Part shown: positions 58,737 through 64,000 of the stretch, piece after piece
How positions within the stretch are numbered: position 1 is the first letter of the stretch
Layout: each line of letters opens with the position of its first letter
From: Caecitellus pseudoparvulus
Lineage: Eukaryota; Protista; Bigyra: Bicosoecida
Assembly: GCA_965644315.1 (NCBI GenBank)
Contig: CBFFRQ010000087.1
Span: 1 to 64,000, forward strand
Length of the DNA stretch: 64,000 nt
Direction: 5' to 3'
Made by a program: the position numbers and the translations under genes
The notes under the pieces: model-generated
The model's database searches: none
Seen by the model: only the letters and a program-made list of their open reading frames with translations
Told to the model about the DNA's origin: nothing

Positions 58737-59955
58737 ATGAGGCAGGGTGCCGCTGCGTCATGTGTCGGGAAGTTGCCTGACCAGGCAGAGCCCCCACACG
58801 CACCACTCTGCGAAGAGCGCAGGCAGCTAACGGGCAGGCATACCCACGTGTACATTGATTTCCCTGGCAGCACCGTGCAGCCGGCGGTAGCTGCATGGCG
58901 GCCCAGCTTCCAGGTGCGCTGGCTTGCCTGCGGATTTCGAGCACTCCCTGCCACACCTCTGCGCTCCGCCACAGCCCCCCTGCCGGGGTCCTTCATTGAT
59001 CTGGGCTCCACAGAAAGCGAGAGTGATGCAGAGTACTCCCTGCCGCTGCCTACACTGCCAAAACGTGTGCCACCCTCGCCCACCGCCCACAAACCTCCAC
59101 GTCGGGCTGGCACAGCCTCGGCGCACAGTGCCTCAGCACGCCCCCCGCCCACCAAGCGCGCTGTGAGAGCCGAGCACATGCTGCGTGCTGCGGGGGGGCG
59201 CAAACCCCCCACGCCCCCGCCACCTGCACACCGACACAGCAGCTTGCTGCACCGAGCCCTCGCAACGCTGCAGGCGTTCGCCCCGAAACGCATGACAGCG
59301 CTGCAGGTGCGCCACCACATGCATGTGGGGGGGGGCGTGCCGCTGCAAGCTGTCACCAAGGCTCTCCTGGCTGCTGCACGAGACACGGCAGCTCACCCCT
59401 TCCTGCTGCAGCACCGGCCGCAGGGGGGGGGTGGTGGACACCTGACGTGGAGTTGGGAGGGGGGGTGCGCCACCCCCCGCACCAGCACCCACCCCCCCCC
59501 CTCCACCTATGGGGGGGCACAAGCGCTCCCGACCACTGTCCCAGGCGGAGTTGCTGTCGCGGGCGGCCGCCGAAGTGGAGCACGTCGCAGCTGCCGAGGC
59601 CGCCGCTCGCAGTAAGCGCCAAGCCCAAGCCGACGCCGCTCTCGCAGCAGCCCAGCGACGGGCGGCGCCACACACCGCCCTGCCACTGCTGCCTCTGCAG
59701 TTGCTGCAGGGGATGTCTGATGCGCAGCTGATGCGAGTCATGGCCGACCGCCTGCCCAGCACGCCCCCCCCCGAGGCGGCAGCGGCGTCAGTGGTTGCAG
59801 GCGTGCTGGGGCTGGGGGCTACCGCCAGCCAGCGCGAGGTGCGACAGCGGTACCTGCAGCTGGCACGTCGCCTGCACCCAGACAAGTGCCGGGTGCCGGG
59901 GGCCCAGAGCGTCTTCACAGTGCTGCAAGGGCTGTACGAGCGCGTCAAGGCGTAA
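58737..59955 (+). CDS. DnaJ/J-domain protein; frame break in homopolymer runs near 59490-59520
   Basis: VLGLGATASQREVRQRYLQLARRLHPDKC...AQSVF..LQ.LYE in ORF 59509-59955; upstream ORF 58737-59615 probably belongs to the same gene. Confidence 0.7.
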
Positions 59956-60087
59956 GGTGGACGCATGCAGCCAACAGTGCGCTGCAATTCAATTCGCCCA
60001 GCGATCCTGCACACAGGACGAGCGGGGTTGAGGACAGGGCCATGGTCACGACAGGCGAAAACTGTCGTCTTTCCTGCAAAGACAGAC

Positions 60088-61770
60088 ATGACAGAGGAGG
60101 GCGAGCGTGGCCCGGCGCAGGGCAGTGCGGTAATTGGTCACAGCCAGCACGGCTCCCCTGAAGCAGACGACGACACGCACTCGCTGGACCACCACAGCGA
60201 GGGCAGTGTGGACAGTGATGAACAGACTGAGGAGGGCGATGGCGCAGGCGATGTGAGCCCAGACCCACAGCCCACCCCACCCACGCCCCTCCAACGAGCC
60301 AAGGCCTTCGCGCTGAAGTGGCATCTGCCGATCCTCCTGGTGCTGGCGCTGGTGCTGGGCGTGGCGGTGCCGCACCCAGCGCAGGCCGCCAACGACACAC
60401 CCCTCTCCTTCGCCTGCGTCGTCATCATCTTCTTCATCTCTGGCCTCAAACTCAAAACCGACGACCTGCTCGCTGCTCTGGCGGAAGTCAAGGCCTGGGT
60501 GTTCGGTCTGGCAACCATCCTGCTGCTGACGCCCACGGCAGGCTTCGCCCTCGCCGCCCTGCCGCTGCAGAAGGACGAGTTCTCCCTGGGCCTGGCCCTC
60601 TTCGCAGCCATGCCCACCACCATCTCCTCCTGCATCGTCCTTACCGGCGGCGCTAAGGGCAACGTCGCACTGGCGCTGTTCTTGTCGGTGGCCACAAACC
60701 TCGCGTCCATCGCCAGCGTGCCGCTGTGGCTGTCTGCAATCCTCACCTCCGTCGGCACCGTGCGCCTGGACGTCGTCGCGCTCCTGCTCAAGCTCGTGTA
60801 CACCATCCTCCTCCCACTGTTGGCGGGTCGCGCTGCCCAGCTGCTGCCCGGCGTGCCGCACCTGGTCGCACAACACAAGAACACGCTCAAGGTCGCCTCC
60901 TCCCTCTTCCTCGCCCTCATTCCCTGGACCAAGGCCGGGTCAGCGGCATCCGACCTCCTCGCCACCTCTGCAGGCGCAATTTTCACAATGCTGGCGCTGG
61001 GCGTGCTGCTGCACTTTGTGTACTTGGCGCTCAACACCGCCGCCACACAGGCACTTGGACTGCCCTGGCCCGAGCGCGCTGCAGTGCTGCTGGCAGGCTC
61101 ACAGAAGACGCTGTCTGTAGCTGTGGCCGTCATCGATGCGGCGCCGCCGGCACTGGGCAACCCCGGCCTTCTGCTCCTGCCCTGCATTCTCGCGCACTTC
61201 ACACAGATCGTCATCGACGCGGTGTTGTTCAGTGTACTGCGCAGCCGCATGGCGGCAGGGGGGGGTGCGGATGAGGCCAAGGACGCTGCTGGCGAGGAGG
61301 ATTCGGGAGAGACAGAGAGTGGGCCCATCGTGGATGCTGGCGCCGCCGCGGCAGGTGCGGCGGAAGGCGTGGATGTCGAGTTGGGGCGAGTAGAGACTGA
61401 CGGCACAGGCAGTGTTGAGAGTGGAGACGGGGCCAGTGATGCTGCCAGCACACTGCACGCTGCCACAGCCGTCAATTCCACCGCGTTCCGTGAAATCCTC
61501 ACGGCAGCCAGCGCCGAACGGCACGACACACACCAGCCCCAAAGTGGTGCGGCCCCGGCTGCCGCAGGCGCTTCCTTCAGCACGGACGTGACCACAGCTG
61601 CTGCTGCCACAGGCCACGAACACCTGGGTGACGTGCTTGTGCAGGATTTGCTGCGCGATGACCCCCTGACGGAGGACGCTGTGCCCAGCAGGGCACCCCG
61701 CGTTGGGCCGCAGTTCCAGGTGGCAGAACTTCCGCAGGCGGCCAAACCGCCCACGCCCCCATCCCCATAA
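60088..61770 (+). CDS. Bile acid:Na+ symporter family (BASS4/SLC10A7-like) transporter
   Basis: IFFISGLKLKT, FAAMPTTISSCIVLT..AKGN.ALALFL.V.TN, SQKTL.VAVAVI, PCILAHFTQIVIDA. Confidence 0.9.
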   Translation: MTEEGERGPAQGSAVIGHSQHGSPEADDDTHSLDHHSEGSVDSDEQTEEGDGAGDVSPDPQPTPPTPLQRAKAFALKWHLPILLVLALVLGVAVPHPAQAANDTPLSFACVVIIFFISGLKLKTDDLLAALAEVKAWVFGLATILLLTPTAGFALAALPLQKDEFSLGLALFAAMPTTISSCIVLTGGAKGNVALALFLSVATNLASIASVPLWLSAILTSVGTVRLDVVALLLKLVYTILLPLLAGRAAQLLPGVPHLVAQHKNTLKVASSLFLALIPWTKAGSAASDLLATSAGAIFTMLALGVLLHFVYLALNTAATQALGLPWPERAAVLLAGSQKTLSVAVAVIDAAPPALGNPGLLLLPCILAHFTQIVIDAVLFSVLRSRMAAGGGADEAKDAAGEEDSGETESGPIVDAGAAAAGAAEGVDVELGRVETDGTGSVESGDGASDAASTLHAATAVNSTAFREILTAASAERHDTHQPQSGAAPAAAGASFSTDVTTAAAATGHEHLGDVLVQDLLRDDPLTEDAVPSRAPRVGPQFQVAELPQAAKPPTPPSP

Positions 61771-61775
61771 ATTCA

Positions 61776-62675
61776 ATGCATCCATGTTGCATCGTGCTGC
61801 TGCCCAGTCTACCCGCGAGCGCGAGCTGCAGGCAGCCTTTAGGCAAAGTGCGCAGCATGGCACACCGCCCTCCACCCCCAGTTGGCGTTGAAAGCGAAGC
61901 ATCCCTTGGGCACCCGAGCCTGGCATCGGGACTGCACCAACTCCTGGTTCCAGGATGCTTGTTGCTTTTGCTGTTCATGTTCCGACAGCTCCCAGTCGGC
62001 GCGCCGTGGAACTGGGTGGGTGCGCCGGCGCAGGCTTGCAGTGACTTCAAAAGCCGCACCTCCCCCGCTGCTCCACAGGTACCCAGCACCATCCTACACA
62101 AAGTCTGCGGATCCTTCAACGTCCCTGATCGAGGTGACAGCGGTGGAAAAGGCGGTGTTGATCTACGTGCTTCCGACAGCCACCCGTCACGTAGTGCCCC
62201 GCTGGCTGCGTTGGACATTGCTGAGCAAGAGTACCAACCCACCTGGCGCCGCCGCTCCCAGGGGCGAAGAGGCCGACCAAAGGTGCCCCCACGCCCCAAG
62301 CCTGCTGCAGTGCAGGAGCCAGCCGTGGCGCATGGCGCAAAGCGCACAGCTCCTGCGACAACCGCTGCCCACGCCAAGGCCCTGCCTCGAGATGCCCTCA
62401 TCCACTGCCGTTCGCCGACGGCATGCCTCGAAGCGCTGCTGGCGCAGGTTGATGTGCCCCCCACAGTCGTCAAGGCCCTCGTGCACTCGCGCCTGCGATA
62501 CCCAGACGTGCTCAGTCACCTCGCCCGCCGGCAACCCGTGCAGCTGCTCGATGCCCTGCGCAACCTCCCAGGCATGACCCACCCAGACGCACTCCTCGTG
62601 TTGTTTGCATTCCAGGCCTCCGGAAACCCCTGTTCTTGCCGACCTACACCTCCCCAGCCTCGTCATACGCCTTGA
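61776..62675 (+). CDS. Possible hypothetical protein; 5' structure unresolved
   Basis: 299-codon ORF whose last ~80 aa look globular/helical; overlaps the end of the minus-strand WW gene by 32 nt. Confidence 0.3.
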   Translation: MHPCCIVLLPSLPASASCRQPLGKVRSMAHRPPPPVGVESEASLGHPSLASGLHQLLVPGCLLLLLFMFRQLPVGAPWNWVGAPAQACSDFKSRTSPAAPQVPSTILHKVCGSFNVPDRGDSGGKGGVDLRASDSHPSRSAPLAALDIAEQEYQPTWRRRSQGRRGRPKVPPRPKPAAVQEPAVAHGAKRTAPATTAAHAKALPRDALIHCRSPTACLEALLAQVDVPPTVVKALVHSRLRYPDVLSHLARRQPVQLLDALRNLPGMTHPDALLVLFAFQASGNPCSCRPTPPQPRHTP

Positions 62676-64000
62676 AGTCAGGGGGTGCCTGCCACGTTGA
62701 CTGCCCCGTGGCCAGGTTTGCGTAGAAGTACGCCCCGGTCTCCTCGTCGAACAGCTCCATCCACACGTCGTCCTTCAAGATGTACCCCTCCCGCTCCCCA
62801 TTCCGGTGGAAGTCCACCAACCCCTGCCCTGTCGCCCGCGCCGCCGACTCATGCGCGGAAATGGCGTGGTCGCCGCCTTGCGGAGCGGCTGCCGCCTCCA
62901 GCACCATGCCCGCAACCTTGTACCCGAACAGGTCCGCCAGCACGTGGTGCATGTAGTAGTCGGCCTGTGCGCTGAAACCTGTGTTGAGTGTCTTGGGCGG
63001 CAAATCGCTCTCATCCGGCAAGGACGCCCCCACAACCACCTTGGTTGCGGGGTACAGCGCAGACCGTGGCTTGGCCTTGGGGTTGCTGCGCAGCCGCTCC
63101 GCTCTCTGCTTGGCAGCCAGGGCAGCCCCTAGGTCGACCACAGACGTGTCCCCTGTGGCGCTCTCCATCGTGTGGGTGCTGGTCTTGGGCACCTCCACCG
63201 CCATGCCCAGCACATCGCTGAGCTGTGCCTCGGCCACCTCCAACTGTGACGGCACGCGCCGCAGCCCCGCCACTGACCTGCGGCCTGGACTGGAGGTAGC
63301 GCTGCTCTCCGACTGGGCGTCCGCAGCCTGTGCCTTACTGCCCCACTCCCCCTCCGCACCAGGCTGACCGACAAAGGACACAGCCCGCGACAGTGCCTCC
63401 AGCTGCGCCATGTCTGCACGCACCTCTGCAGCTTGCTTGTAATCCGCGGCTGCCTGCTCAGCGGCTGCCAGGCGCTCTGCCTGCTGATCGGCCTCCCTCT
63501 CCCTGGTGGTGTCCAGGGTCAGGAGGCTCCTGCCCGAAGCCTGCGACAGTCGGCGCCGGAGTGGGCTCCGTGCAGGGCTGCTGCCGCCAGAGCTGGCCAG
63601 CCGCCCCAGGTCCCGGCTGCTGCCAGCACTCAGCGAAGCTGGTGGGCTGTCAGCTTCTTTCCCAGGCAGGCGCAAAGCCTCGCCTTGCTGAAGGTCCTGC
63701 GTGGCGTGAGGGGTCTCCTTGGCGTCACCCACCTGGTCGCGCAGCGATGCAGACTGCTGCTTGGGCCTTGACCCGGCCCCGGGTGCACCCGGCCCAACGC
63801 TCACATAATTGTCATCCTCATGGTCATCCACAGGGTGCAGTTGTCGGGGGCGGGGGGCTACGAAGCCTCCTCGAGGGGCCATGCGCCGCGCCCTGGCCCG
63901 CTCCCGCTCCCGCCGCAGCTGCGCGAATTTACCACCCGCACCCTCTCCCCGCGCCAGTGCGGCGGCCTTCACAGTGTCCACACGCCGCTCCACATTCACC
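62644..64000 (-). CDS. WW-domain protein, 3' part (5' end outside window)
   Basis: C-terminal WMELFDEETGAYFYANLATGQSTWQAPP is a canonical WW domain; frame open to the window edge. Confidence 0.85.
   Translation of the reverse strand, partial: VNVERRVDTVKAAALARGEGAGGKFAQLRRERERARARRMAPRGGFVAPRPRQLHPVDDHEDDNYVSVGPGAPGAGSRPKQQSASLRDQVGDAKETPHATQDLQQGEALRLPGKEADSPPASLSAGSSRDLGRLASSGGSSPARSPLRRRLSQASGRSLLTLDTTREREADQQAERLAAAEQAAADYKQAAEVRADMAQLEALSRAVSFVGQPGAEGEWGSKAQAADAQSESSATSSPGRRSVAGLRRVPSQLEVAEAQLSDVLGMAVEVPKTSTHTMESATGDTSVVDLGAALAAKQRAERLRSNPKAKPRSALYPATKVVVGASLPDESDLPPKTLNTGFSAQADYYMHHVLADLFGYKVAGMVLEAAAAPQGGDHAISAHESAARATGQGLVDFHRNGEREGYILKDDVWMELFDEETGAYFYANLATGQSTWQAPPDFKAYDEAGEV

Overview
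Gene-dense, GC-rich, intron-containing eukaryotic (protist) DNA, not prokaryotic. Introns are mostly 55-230 nt with GTGCG/GTGAG donors and CAG acceptors. The gene set (MLO-like, long SPATA4-like, FAM32A ending KVAAAGLG) is compatible with a stramenopile; this is inference only. Bases 1-13.5 kb hold a tandem minus-strand array of three divergent paralogues of about 1,270-1,300 aa. Each has a mitochondrial-presequence-like N-terminus (clear in copies 1 and 3, weaker in copy 2), an unassigned conserved domain, a P-loop NTPase and a PD-(D/E)xK restriction-endonuclease-like C-terminus, resembling Crinkler/RHS NTPase+REase effectors. Copy 1 is frameshifted, copy 2 carries 15 x 33-nt repeats and the best nuclease motif, and copy 3 is intact but its nuclease motif is altered. 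The rest is mostly housekeeping: NEK kinase, eIF4A, MLO-like protein with an extra voltage-sensor-like domain, GH20 hexosaminidase, a catalytically degenerate eIF4A duplicate sharing a 13-nt micro-exon, Rieske protein, FAM32A, SPATA4-like, a large Cys-rich/mucin multi-TM protein, TMTC-like, UBAC2-like, CTDSPL2-like, a secreted PhyH-type dioxygenase, a Cys-Cys (non-Sec) thioredoxin reductase, COMTD1-like, CMC2, an aldo-keto reductase, a J-domain protein, a BASS/SLC10A7 transporter and a partial WW protein. All exon boundaries were read by hand and have not been checked against RNA data.
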